Assembly (NCBI GenBank): GCA_963798765.1
Contig: CAWCUP010000020.1
Coordinates: forward strand, 262,043 to 326,042
Source of the DNA: an uncultured Alphaproteobacteria bacterium
GTDB lineage: Bacteria; Pseudomonadota; Alphaproteobacteria; Rhodobacterales; Rhodobacteraceae
Direction: 5' to 3'
DNA: 64,000 nucleotides
The position numbers and the translations under genes were made by a program. Below, in pieces: positions 10,840-20,729 of this stretch (within the stretch, counting starts at the first letter, position 1; each line of letters opens with the position of its first letter). The notes beneath the pieces are model-generated. The model made no database searches. It was not told the origin of the DNA and was given only the letters and a program-made list of their open reading frames with translations.

Positions 10840-11711
10840 GCGTCCTCGCCTCCGACCATCGCCCTCAACCTCGCCAGTTCAGCAACCGAATGCTCCGTCA
10901 GCCGCACCATCGGGCGGGCGGGATCGCGCATGTCCACGATTGTCAGGTCGCGGTCGAGCAGGTCCCGCGACGCGTGCAGCGCCATCACCTCGCCAAGCGC
11001 CGCGACCGGATCGCCCGCGGGCAGTCGGATGACCTGGTCGCGGTCGAGCACCAGGTCCCAGCGCCGCTCGCCCACGCGCACGAGGCCGCGGACGCGCCCG
11101 GCGACGGGCCTGGCCGCGGCCAGCAGCTCCAGCGCCTCCGCCACCTGCGCGGACGCGCCCTCCCCCGCGATCAGCGGCAGGTCGGTGCGGCGCAGACGGC
11201 TGTCGATCTCGGCCACCCGCACGCCGCCCTGGTCGAGAAGCTCGAGCCCCTCGTCCGAGCGCCAGACGACCACCGGGATGCGCTCGATGGCGCGGATCTC
11301 CAGAATTCCGCGCGCCAGCGCCCGCACCCGGGCGCGCTCGACGGCCGCGAGATTCTCGACGCGGGTCCGGACCGCGTTCACGTCGACCTCCAGCGAATTG
11401 GCGGGCAGCTTGACGAAGGCGGCGACCCGGATCTGCTCCGCGAGATCGGAGCTGACGTCAGGGATGTCGAGTTCGGTGATGGTGAATTGCGGGCGCTCCA
11501 CGATGGCCGCCTTCACCGCCGCCACGGCCTCCGCGACGCGGGCGCGCGCGTCGAACTCGGCCGCCAGCGTCCAGACCAGCGCCACGCCGGCGAGCATCGG
11601 CACGCCGAAATTCACCAGCCGCCGGAAGCCGGGGCGCAGCCAGAGCCGCGTCAGCCGATAGCGCAGGCGCGACGGCGCCGGATCGCGGCGGGGCGACCTC
11701 ACCGGGAGCAT
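10836..11711 (-). CDS. ftsQ: Cell division protein FtsQ
   Basis: RRDPAPSRLRYRL N-terminus, one TM segment, POTRA-like region, LVRVGERRWD. Start at 11711. Confidence 0.92.
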   Translation of the reverse strand: MLPVRSPRRDPAPSRLRYRLTRLWLRPGFRRLVNFGVPMLAGVALVWTLAAEFDARARVAEAVAAVKAAIVERPQFTITELDIPDVSSDLAEQIRVAAFVKLPANSLEVDVNAVRTRVENLAAVERARVRALARGILEIRAIERIPVVVWRSDEGLELLDQGGVRVAEIDSRLRRTDLPLIAGEGASAQVAEALELLAAARPVAGRVRGLVRVGERRWDLVLDRDQVIRLPAGDPVAALGEVMALHASRDLLDRDLTIVDMRDPARPMVRLTEHSVAELARLRAMVGGEDA

Positions 11712-12613
11712 GACGCGTCCTCCACCATCCAGCGCATCAGCTCGCCGAACGACATCCCCGCATGGGCCGCCTGTTCGGGGGCGAGCGAGGTGGGGGTCAT
11801 CCCCGGCTGGGTGTTGACCTCCAGCAGCACGAGACCGTCGAGCCCGCGGCTCTCGTCCCAGCGGAAATCCGTCCGGCTGAGGCCTCGGCACCCGAGCGCC
11901 TCGTGCGCCCGCACGGCGTAGTCGAGACAGGCCTCCGAGATCTCGTCGGGAATCTCGGCCGGAATGACGTGCCGCGATCCGCCGGGAGAGTATTTCGCAT
12001 GATAGTCGTACCAGCCCTCAGCGACGATGTCCGTGACGCCCAATGATCGCGATCCGAGTACCGCCGTCGTCAGCTCGCGCCCCGGCACGTAACGCTCGAC
12101 CATCAGGATCTCGGGCATGTCCTCGGACACTTGGGCCGGTCCGTTCGCGCCCTCATGCACCAGATAGACGCCGACCGACGAGCCCTCGTTGTAGGGCTTG
12201 ACCACGTAGGGCGGCTCCATCGGATGCGAGCCCCGCACCTCGTCCCGGCAGACCAGACGCCCCTCGACGACCGGCAGACCGGCCTCCACGAAGGCACGTT
12301 TGGCGCGGACCTTGTCCATCGCCAGCGCCGAGGCCAGCACGCCTGAATGCGTGTAGGGAATGCGGAGCCATTCCAGAACGCCCTGAAAACAGCCGTCCTC
12401 TCCCCAGCGACCGTGCAGGGCGTTGAACACGACGTCTGGTTTTTCGGACTGGAGGACCGACGCGACATCGGGACCGGCGTCGATCTCGACGACGTCGTAT
12501 CCCTCGTTCCGCAGCGCGGCCGCGCATTCACGGCCGGAGACGAGCGACACTTCGCGCTCGGCCGAACGGCCGCCTTTCACCACCGCGATGCGGGCTGATG
12601 TCCTGCTCGACAT
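11699..12613 (-). CDS. ddl: D-alanine--D-alanine ligase
   Basis: GGRSAEREVSL, NALHGRWGEDG, YDYHAKY, LEVNTQPGMT. Confidence 0.97.
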   Translation of the reverse strand: MSSRTSARIAVVKGGRSAEREVSLVSGRECAAALRNEGYDVVEIDAGPDVASVLQSEKPDVVFNALHGRWGEDGCFQGVLEWLRIPYTHSGVLASALAMDKVRAKRAFVEAGLPVVEGRLVCRDEVRGSHPMEPPYVVKPYNEGSSVGVYLVHEGANGPAQVSEDMPEILMVERYVPGRELTTAVLGSRSLGVTDIVAEGWYDYHAKYSPGGSRHVIPAEIPDEISEACLDYAVRAHEALGCRGLSRTDFRWDESRGLDGLVLLEVNTQPGMTPTSLAPEQAAHAGMSFGELMRWMVEDASCSR

Positions 12614-12664
12614 GCCCGCCTCAACTCACAGCCCCACGGCCTTTGCGGCCTTGTCGGGGTCCGT

Positions 12665-13601
12665 TCAGAGGGGAGACTCGCGCCCCACCCTCATGATTTC
12701 CCACTCTAGCTCTATTCCGCTGAAATCTAAAACCCTTTTTCGGACAAATTCTCCCAATTCCTCCAGATCGGCGGCTTTCGCCCCGCCGGCATTGATCAGA
12801 AAGTTGGCATGCTTCATCGACATCCGCGCTCCACCCATGGTTGCGCCCTTCAATCCGGCGTCCTCGATCAGCTTCCAGGCCTTGAGATCATGCGGATCGT
12901 CCGCCCGCCCCGTCGACGAGAATCCGGCCGGATTGCGGAAGGTCGATCCGGCGGAGCGGTCTTTCGTCGGCTGCGTCGCGTCGCGCCGGGCGATCTGCTC
13001 CTCCATCCGCGCGGCGAGCTCCGCCGGATCGCCCGCAGGCCCTTCCAGCACCACCTCGGTCAGCACGCAATCGGGCGGCAGATCGCTGTGGCGATAGGCG
13101 AAACCCAGATCGTCGGACCCGAAGCGTCGCGCGGCTTCCGTCCCGGAACACCGCCTCGGCGGAAACGAACACATCCGCGACATACCGCCCGTAACACCCG
13201 GCGTTCATGCGCGCGGCGCCGCCCATCGCGCCGGGGATCGTGCGCAGAAACGTCAGGTCCACCCCCGCCTCCGCCGCCCGCCGCGCCACGCGCGCGTCGA
13301 GCGCCGCGGCGCCGGCCGTCACCCGCGTCCCCTCGACGGCGATGCCGTTGAACCCGCGCCCGAGCCGCACCACCACGCCCTCGATCCCGCCGTCCCGCAC
13401 GATGAGATTGGACCCCACGCCCACCGCCATCACCGGAACCTCCGGCGCAAGCGCGCCCAGAAACGCCGCCAGATCCTCCGCGTCCGCCGGCTGGAACAGC
13501 GCGTCCGCCGGCCCGCCGACCCGCAGCCAGGTCAGGTCGGCCATAACCCGGTTTGGCGTCAGAACTCCCCGGACCGGCGGCAGTTCGCGTCTCACGTCCA
13601 T
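12665..13601 (-). CDS. murB: UDP-N-acetylmuramate dehydrogenase, split by a +1 frameshift near 13122
   Basis: The N-half ([30 protein letters not shown]) and C-half ([25 protein letters not shown]) are in different frames. The 937-nt span is 3n+1. Confidence 0.92.
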
Positions 13602-13613
13602 CCGGCCGCCTCC

Positions 13614-13730
13614 CCGGCTTTCATACTGACAAGCTTACCTGGAGAGCAGTCGTGACGCGCCAACAGGCGCGTCACCGATAAAAAGACTCGCGCGCACCCG
13701 CGCGCTCCGCCTGGCGGCAAAGGCCGCCCG
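13614..13730. repeat. Intergenic triple-hairpin repeat element, copy 1
   Basis: Shares identical blocks of 12, 13, 17, 27 and 19 nt with 33874-33988, in the same order and orientation. Confidence 0.92.
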
Positions 13731-13732
13731 CC

Positions 13733-15160
13733 TCACGCCTCGACCGGCTCCCGCGCCCCGTTCTCCTGACCGAGCCGCGCGGGCAGCGCGTTGGCCCAGC
13801 CGCTGATCGAGCCCGCCCCGAGACAGACCAGCATGTCGCCCGGCCGGCATTCGGCGCGGACGAACTCCGCCAGCGCCTCCTCGCCCGCCAGCGGCAGCGC
13901 CCTCCGGTGTCCATGCGCGATCAGACCGCCGACCAGCGTGTCGCGGCTGATCCCGTCGATGGGCGCCTCGCCGGCGGAATAGACGTCGGCGATCGCCACG
14001 GTGTCGGCGTCGTTGAAACACGCGCTGAACTGAGTGAAGAGATCGCGCAGGCGCGTGTAGCGGTGCGGCTGATGCACCGCGATGACGCGACCTTTCGTGG
14101 CCTGGCGCGCGGCCTTGAGCACGGCGGCGATCTCGACCGGATGGTGCGCGTAATCGTCGATGATGGTCACGCCGTTCCACTCGCCCACGCGGGTGAAGCG
14201 CCGGTTCACGCCCTCGAACGCGCCGAGCGCCTTGCGGATCGCCTCCTTCGGGATGCCGAGATGCCGCGCCACCGCGATGGCCGCAAGCGCGTTCGAGACG
14301 TTGTGATCGCCGGTCATCGGCAGGCGCAGACCCTTGATGGTCTGGCCTTCCGCGTTCAGCGCCACGTCGAAATCCGCTCCGCCGTCGGAGAAGCTGAGGT
14401 TCTTCCCCTGCACGTCGGCCTGCGGGTTGAAGCCGTAGGTCGCGACCCGCCGGTCGGTGATCCGCCCGACCAGCGCCTGGACCTCCGGATGGTCGATGCA
14501 GGCCACCGCCAGCCCGTAGAACGGGATATTCGACACGAACGTGTCGAAAGCCGACCGCAGAGCGTCGAAGTCGCCGTAATGGTCGAGATGCTCCGGGTCG
14601 ATGTTGGTGATGACCGCGATGGTCGCGGGCAGCCTGTTGAACGTGCCGTCGCTCTCGTCGGCCTCCACCACCATCCACTCGCCGGCGCCGATGCGGGCGT
14701 TCGATCCGTAGGCGCGGATGATGCCGCCGTTGATCACCGTCGGATCCATCCCGCCGCCGTCGAGCAGCGCCGCGACCATCGAGGTCGTCGTGGTCTTGCC
14801 GTGGGTTCCCGCCACCGCGATATTCGACTTCAGCCGCATAAGCTCCGCCAGCATCTCGGCCCGCCGCACGACCGGCAGCTTTCGCGCGCGCGCGGCGTCC
14901 AGCTCCGGATTTCCCGGCTTGATCGCCGAGGAGATCACCACGACCGTCGCGCCCTCGAGATTCTCGGCCGTCTGCCCGATGAAGATTCGCGCGCCCTTGC
15001 CCGCGAGCCGCTCGGTGATCGGCGAGGCCTTCGCGTCGGAGCCCTGCACGGTGAAACCGTGGTTGAGCAGCACCTCGGCGATGCCGGACATGCCGATGCC
15101 GCCGATGCCGGTGAAATGGATCGCCCCGATGTCATGGGGCAGGCGCGTCTGTCCGTTCAT
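13733..15160 (-). CDS. murC: UDP-N-acetylmuramate--L-alanine ligase
   Basis: [34 protein letters not shown]. Confidence 0.98.
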   Translation of the reverse strand: MNGQTRLPHDIGAIHFTGIGGIGMSGIAEVLLNHGFTVQGSDAKASPITERLAGKGARIFIGQTAENLEGATVVVISSAIKPGNPELDAARARKLPVVRRAEMLAELMRLKSNIAVAGTHGKTTTTSMVAALLDGGGMDPTVINGGIIRAYGSNARIGAGEWMVVEADESDGTFNRLPATIAVITNIDPEHLDHYGDFDALRSAFDTFVSNIPFYGLAVACIDHPEVQALVGRITDRRVATYGFNPQADVQGKNLSFSDGGADFDVALNAEGQTIKGLRLPMTGDHNVSNALAAIAVARHLGIPKEAIRKALGAFEGVNRRFTRVGEWNGVTIIDDYAHHPVEIAAVLKAARQATKGRVIAVHQPHRYTRLRDLFTQFSACFNDADTVAIADVYSAGEAPIDGISRDTLVGGLIAHGHRRALPLAGEEALAEFVRAECRPGDMLVCLGAGSISGWANALPARLGQENGAREPVEA

Positions 15161-16263
15161 GCTTTGGCTCCTCGCTGTGCCAGGTGTTCGACGAGATCGG
15201 CGAGCCGCTCCGTCGCGTCCGGGACGCCCTGCGCGAGGCTCGCCCGCGCCATCGCCTCGGCCCCTTCGGGGTCGGACAGGATCGCGGTGATGTGCCCCGC
15301 CAGAACCTCCGGCGTCAATTCCTCTTCGCGGATCATGAAGGCGCCACCCGCCTCGACCAGACCGCGCGCGTTCGCGGCCTGGTGGTCGTCCGCGGCCCGG
15401 GCGTATGGGATCAGGATCGCGGGCCGCCCGACCACCGTGATGTCGGCGACGGAGCTCGCGCCCGCCCGGCTGATCACCAGGGTCGACGCGGCCAGCCGGT
15501 CCGGCACGTCGTCGAAGAAGGCCTTGAGGTCGGCGTCCATGCCGAGCGCGGCGCAGGCGTCGCGCACCCGCTCCATGTCCTCGGGCCGCACCTGCTGCGA
15601 CAGGGCCAGAAGCGCGCGCAGATCCGGGTCGAGCAGCGCCAGCGCGTCCTGCACCACCCGCGCGAAGAGGCCGGCGCCCTGGCTGCCGCCGATCACCAGC
15701 AGCCCCATCGGATGGTCTCCCGGCGGGGGATAGGCGGTTCCGGCGCGTCCGCGGATCCCGGTCCGGACCGGATTTCCGGTATGGACGTGATGGGCGCCCT
15801 CGGGCAGGTCCGTCGGCTGGATGCCGCAGGCGACCACGTCGACCCGCCGCGCGAACATGCGGTTCACCCTGCCGAGCACGCCGTTCTGCTCGTGGATCAG
15901 CGTCGGCAGCTTCAGGAGCGTCGCGGCGATCATCGCCGGCAGCGCCGGATAGCCGCCGAAGCCCGCGACGCAGGCCGGCCGGTCGCGTCGCATCGCCATC
16001 AGGCTCGACGCGGCGCCGGCCGCGATGGCGAAGGGCGCGGTGACCCGCGTCAGCGCCGAACCCTGCGCGAAGGTCGCCGACGAGGTCACGCTCCGCCCGA
16101 CCGCCTCGGGAAATCCGCCGGCGTAGCGCGCGCCGCGCGGATCGGTGGCGAGCCGCACCCGCCAGCCGCGCGCCAGCATCGCCTCGGCGAGCGCCTGGGC
16201 GGGGAACATGTGGCCGCCGGTCCCGCCGGCCGCGATCACCAGAAGGGGCGCGGGATCCGTCAC
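15157..16263 (-). CDS. murG: MurG glycosyltransferase
   Basis: [36 protein letters not shown] start at 16263 overlaps the ftsW stop. Confidence 0.96.
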   Translation of the reverse strand: MTDPAPLLVIAAGGTGGHMFPAQALAEAMLARGWRVRLATDPRGARYAGGFPEAVGRSVTSSATFAQGSALTRVTAPFAIAAGAASSLMAMRRDRPACVAGFGGYPALPAMIAATLLKLPTLIHEQNGVLGRVNRMFARRVDVVACGIQPTDLPEGAHHVHTGNPVRTGIRGRAGTAYPPPGDHPMGLLVIGGSQGAGLFARVVQDALALLDPDLRALLALSQQVRPEDMERVRDACAALGMDADLKAFFDDVPDRLAASTLVISRAGASSVADITVVGRPAILIPYARAADDHQAANARGLVEAGGAFMIREEELTPEVLAGHITAILSDPEGAEAMARASLAQGVPDATERLADLVEHLAQRGAKA

Positions 16264-17429
16264 GCGATCCGCGCCTGGCCGAGGATGTCGTCCATCTCGT
16301 GCTGCGGCCGCTTGCGCGTCATCGCGAGCAGCACGCCGAGGCCCAGCCCCGCCGCGATCAGCGACGACCCGCCATAGGACACCAGCGGCAGCGTCATGCC
16401 CTTCGCCGGCAGCAGCCTCACCGCCACGCCCATGTTGATCATCGCCTGCATCCCCAGAAGCACCGCGAGACCGGTGCCGGCCAGCCGGATGAACGGATCG
16501 CGCTCGCCGACGAGCCGCATGAGCGAACGCACGACGATGGTGGCGTAGAGCACCATGATCACGACGCAGAGCAGCAGGCCGTATTCCTCGGCCGCGACCG
16601 CGATGATGAAATCCGTATGCGCGTCGGGCAGCGTCCACTTCACCGTGCCGTTGCCGACGCCGACGCCGAGGAAACCGCCCTCCTGGATCGCGTTGGTGGC
16701 GTAGCCGATCTGGGTCCGCGGATCGACGTCCGAGGACAGGAACCCGTCGATGCGCCGCGCGACATGCTCGGAATTGTGATAGGCGAACCACCCGAAGGCG
16801 ATCACCCCCGCCCCGACCCCGCCGAGCAGGACCACGGGCGCCCCGGCGGCGAAATACATCAGCCCCCAGGTCGCGATGATCAGGCCCGCCTGGCCGAAAT
16901 CCGGCTGGAGCGCCAGCATGCCGGTCAGCATGATCGCCACCGCGAAGGACATCGCCTTGCCCGGCGGCCCCTTGATGTCATAGCTCGCCGCCATCAGCCA
17001 GGCGCAGAAGACGGCGAATGTCGGCTTGAGGAATTCCGACGGCTGCACCGACACGACGCGCAGCGAATACCACCGCACCGCGCCCTTGCCGAAATCCGTG
17101 CCGAAGACCGGCAGCAACGCCACGGCGACGAAACAGGCGAGGAACGCCACGACCGACCAGCGACGCAACCGCGTCGGCGACATCATCGACACGGTCAGCA
17201 TCGCCACGATCGCGACGATCCCGAAAAAGACCTGCCGCGAGACGTAATGGAACGGATCGAGTCCGTTGCGCTCGGCCAGCGGCGGCGAGGCCGCGAGGCC
17301 AAGCAGGATGCCGATGAGGAACAGCCCGACGATGGCGGCGAGCGACCATCGGTCGAGCGTCCGCCACCATTGCGGAATGATCGGCTCGCCCGGCTTCGCC
17401 GGCGCGGCGCCGAATACCATGTCGGTCAT
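16260..17429 (-). CDS. ftsW: SEDS peptidoglycan polymerase FtsW
   Basis: [36 protein letters not shown]. Start MTDMVFG at 17429. Confidence 0.96.
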   Translation of the reverse strand: MTDMVFGAAPAKPGEPIIPQWWRTLDRWSLAAIVGLFLIGILLGLAASPPLAERNGLDPFHYVSRQVFFGIVAIVAMLTVSMMSPTRLRRWSVVAFLACFVAVALLPVFGTDFGKGAVRWYSLRVVSVQPSEFLKPTFAVFCAWLMAASYDIKGPPGKAMSFAVAIMLTGMLALQPDFGQAGLIIATWGLMYFAAGAPVVLLGGVGAGVIAFGWFAYHNSEHVARRIDGFLSSDVDPRTQIGYATNAIQEGGFLGVGVGNGTVKWTLPDAHTDFIIAVAAEEYGLLLCVVIMVLYATIVVRSLMRLVGERDPFIRLAGTGLAVLLGMQAMINMGVAVRLLPAKGMTLPLVSYGGSSLIAAGLGLGVLLAMTRKRPQHEMDDILGQARIA

Positions 17430-17559
17430 CGGGAGCTGCCCTTGCCCATCAACTGTCCGCCTCGATCCCCGCCGTTTTTTACGGAATGCGGGGTTGTTTT
17501 GCGGCACAGTACAGAAAGAGGGGCGTCAACACCAGAATTATCCGAACTGCTGAGCAACC

Positions 17560-18996
17560 TCAGGTTGAATTTTGCTCCCGCACCTGCCGCCAGACATCGA
17601 TGATCTCCGAAGCGAGGAGATCGACGTGTTCCTCCCGCATCGCATGGCCGATTACCGAGCATCGGATGATCCTGCGGCCCGCCCAATCGCCATGCGTGGG
17701 ATAGACCCGGCCCCGCTCCTGAACCCGCCGGAGGACGGCGTCGGTCCGCGCGTCGCCGTCGGGTCCCTCGCCACAAGCGATCGCGACCTGGTTGCTGTGG
17801 ATCTCATTGAGAACCCTCAATCCCGGCTCGGCCGAGACGGACTCCGCGATCCGCCGCGCCAGCCGGCAGTGCCGCGTCACCAGTTCCCGTACGCCCGACC
17901 GTCCGAGATGGCGCAGGATCGCGTAGCTCGGAACGCCGCGCGCCCGGCGCGAAAGCTCCGGCGTCGAATCCGCAGGCTCCCAATGCGCGGTCACGTCGGG
18001 AAGATAGGTTCCCCGCGCCGACATCGCGGCGACCAGGGCCGCCCTGTCACGCACGATCGCCATGCCGGCGTCGAACGGCGCGTTCAGCCATTTGTGCAGA
18101 TCGACCGCCCAGCTGTCCGCGTCCCCGACACCCGCCAGACGGTCGGCGAGCTCCGGAACCGCCGCGAGCCACAGCCCGAACGCGCCGTCCACGTGCACCC
18201 ATCCCCCTCGCTCCCGCACGGGCGGGATCAGCGCATCGAAAGGATCGAAGGCCCCGGTATTGATCTGTCCGGCCTGAAGGATGACCAGCGGCGGCGCGTC
18301 GCAGGCTTCGAGCGCGGTCAGGAACGCGTCCGCGTCGATCCGGCCTTCGGAATCGGCGGCGATCTCGGTGACGCGGCGCGCGCCGAGGCCGGCATAGCGC
18401 AGCGCGGCGAAGGGCGCGGAATGCGCCGCCGCCCCGATCAGCACCGGGATCTCCGGCGCGCCGAAAAGCCCGTCCTCCTCGACGTTCCAGCCGCGCGCCG
18501 CCAGAAGCGCGTTTCGCGCGGCCATCACGCCGACCATGTTCGCCACCGTTCCGCCGGTGACAATTCCCGCGCCGCTCTCCGGCGGCAGCGAGAGCAGGTC
18601 GATCACCCAGTCGCAGACAGCCCGTTCCATTCCGGAGACGGCGGGCGTCTCGAGCGCCGTCCCCGCGTTCTGCCCCCAGGCGGAGACCAGAAAATCCGCC
18701 GCCACGCCGACCGGATGCGACCCGCCCAGCACGTAGCCGAAGAAGGTCGGCGCCGCCATCTGGTGCACGGCTCCGGCCGAGTCGCGCAGGATGTGTTCGA
18801 TGACCGAGGTCTCGGACAGTCCGGCGTCCGGCAGCGGCCCGCCGAACCGGGCGACGGCCTCGTCCAGACCGACCGTCGGCCGCGCCGGCAGGCGGCCCAA
18901 GTCTCGCCTGTACCCGATGGACGCCGCCCCGGCCATCTCCAGCGCCGCCAGCTGACTTCCGGTCAGGCCGCCGCCAGGTTCCGTCGCGTCGGCCAT
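17560..18996 (-). CDS. Group II PLP-dependent amino acid decarboxylase
   Basis: SGAGIVTGGTVAN, WVHVDGAFG and DSWAVDLHKW (PLP lysine); strong SD (GGAGGG). The substrate cannot be assigned. Confidence 0.88.
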   Translation of the reverse strand: MADATEPGGGLTGSQLAALEMAGAASIGYRRDLGRLPARPTVGLDEAVARFGGPLPDAGLSETSVIEHILRDSAGAVHQMAAPTFFGYVLGGSHPVGVAADFLVSAWGQNAGTALETPAVSGMERAVCDWVIDLLSLPPESGAGIVTGGTVANMVGVMAARNALLAARGWNVEEDGLFGAPEIPVLIGAAAHSAPFAALRYAGLGARRVTEIAADSEGRIDADAFLTALEACDAPPLVILQAGQINTGAFDPFDALIPPVRERGGWVHVDGAFGLWLAAVPELADRLAGVGDADSWAVDLHKWLNAPFDAGMAIVRDRAALVAAMSARGTYLPDVTAHWEPADSTPELSRRARGVPSYAILRHLGRSGVRELVTRHCRLARRIAESVSAEPGLRVLNEIHSNQVAIACGEGPDGDARTDAVLRRVQERGRVYPTHGDWAGRRIIRCSVIGHAMREEHVDLLASEIIDVWRQVREQNST

Positions 18997-19120
18997 TGAA
19001 CCCTCCCCCCGGGCGGAAGCCGGATCAGGGCACGGCTTCCGCCATGGTCAACGTATCACGGGTCCCGTGACGGGGACAGGACGGGAAAATTTTCGCCGTT
19101 AACGATTTTTATTTTTATTA

Positions 19121-20547
19121 TCAGGCTTTTAGGTCATGTCCGACCTCGGACATCCCTGAAACCAGCGCCTCGAAAGCCTCGCCGCGCGCCTCGAAGCTCG
19201 CGAACTGGTCGAAACTGGCGCAGGCCGGAGCGAGCAGGACGGTCTCGCCCTCGACGGCCTCGGCCAGCGCCGCCGAGACCGCCCGGTCCAGCGTCCCGAC
19301 GATCTCATGCGGCACGTCGCCGAGCGTCGCCGCGAACTCCTCCGCCGCCTCGCCGATAAGATACGCCTTGACCACGCGCTCGAAGAACGGCCGGAGCGGC
19401 TCGATCCCGCCCGCCTTCGGCCGGCCGCCCGCGATCCAGCGGACGCGCCCGAAACTCCCGAGCGCCTTCGCGGCGCTGTCGGCGTTGGTGGCCTTGCTGT
19501 CGTTCACCACCCGCACGCCCCCCATCGTCGCGATGGTCTGGCACCGATGCCGGAGCCCCGCGAACGTCGCCAGACCCGGCTCGATCTGACGCGGCCCGAG
19601 CCCCAGCGCCCGCGCCGCCGCGTAGGCCGCGCAGGCGTTCTGATGGTTGTGCGCGCCCGGCAGCCCCGTCATGCCGCGCAGGTCGATCGACGCCGTCTGC
19701 CGCCCCGCCCGCCACTCGGAGAGGAACCCCTTGCGCGAGAAGACCGACCAGCCCGGCCCCGAGAGTTTCCGCGCGCCCGAGACCTCGATCACCGGATCGC
19801 CCGTGCCCGCCACCTCGCGCATGACGTTGGCGAGGAACCGCCCCTCGTTCTCGTCCACGCCGATGACGCTCCGCTCCGGCCCGCCCTGGGTGAAGAGCCG
19901 CCGCTTGGCCGCGAAATACCCGCCCATCCCGCCATGCCGGTCGAGATGGTCGGACGAGAGGTTGAGAAACACCGCGATGTCCGGCTGAAGCGCGCGGGCG
20001 AGCTCGGTCTGGTAGGACGAGAGCTCCAGCACCGTGACCTGCCCCTCCACCGCCGGATCGAGATCGAGCACCCCGCGCCCGATATTGCCGCCCATCTGCA
20101 CCGGACGCCCCGCCTTGGCGAGGATATGCGCCAGCAGCGCGGTGACCGTCGACTTCCCGTTCGATCCGGTGACGCAGACGACCTTGGGGGACTTCGCGAA
20201 CTCCTCCCATTCCGGCGTGGCGAAGGACCGGAAGAAGAGCCCCACGTCGTTGTCCACCGCGACGCCCGCCTCCCAGGCCGCTGCCACGGCCGGATGCGGG
20301 GCGGGGTAGAGATGCGGGATGCCGGGCGAGACGATCATCGCGCTCGCGCCGTCCAAAGCGCCCGGCCTTCGACGAGGTCGCGAGCGCGATCCCGTCGGCC
20401 TCGGCCCGCGCCCGCATCTCGGGGCCGTCGTCCCAAGCGACGACCTCAGCAGCGCCGGCGCGGAGCGCCGCCGACGGTCGGGCGTCCCGAACGGCCGAGC
20501 CCGAGCACCGCGACCTTCTGGCCGTCATAGCCGCGAACCGGGATCAT
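19121..20547 (-). CDS. murD: UDP-MurNAc-L-Ala--D-glutamate ligase, split by two +1 frameshifts (~20476 and ~20360)
   Basis: [21 protein letters not shown] (frame 1), [15 protein letters not shown] (frame 2), then [25 protein letters not shown] and [12 protein letters not shown] (frame 3). Confidence 0.92.
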
Positions 20548-20729
20548 GCGAGCGCGCCCGAACGGGGGAATGCGGACTGGACGGCGGACATGGCTGCTTC
20601 CTTCCTCGCGCCACCCGGGCGACGCCCCTTACTTCCGCAACGCCGCGGGCGGATGCAAGGGGCTCCGCTCTTGCACCCGCCGCGGCGGGAGGGCAGCCTG
20701 ACGCGAAACGACTTCCGGAGGTGGACGAC

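Noticed and set aside
12670-12690. AGACTCGCGC...ACCC resembling block 4 of the repeat element
   Set aside because: It is a short GC-rich match inside murB codons, with no flanking blocks or hairpin; probably chance.
13614-13730. Repeat element as a glycine riboswitch or CRISPR repeat
   Set aside because: GGAGAG is present, but the CCGAAG and CUCUCAGG motifs of the glycine aptamer are not. The copies are 20 kb apart, with no spacer array or cas genes.
9440-19120. Full CtrA boxes (TTAA-N7-TTAA) in dcw intergenic gaps
   Set aside because: Only half-sites were found (near 9454, 19099 and 36958); none has a correctly spaced second half.
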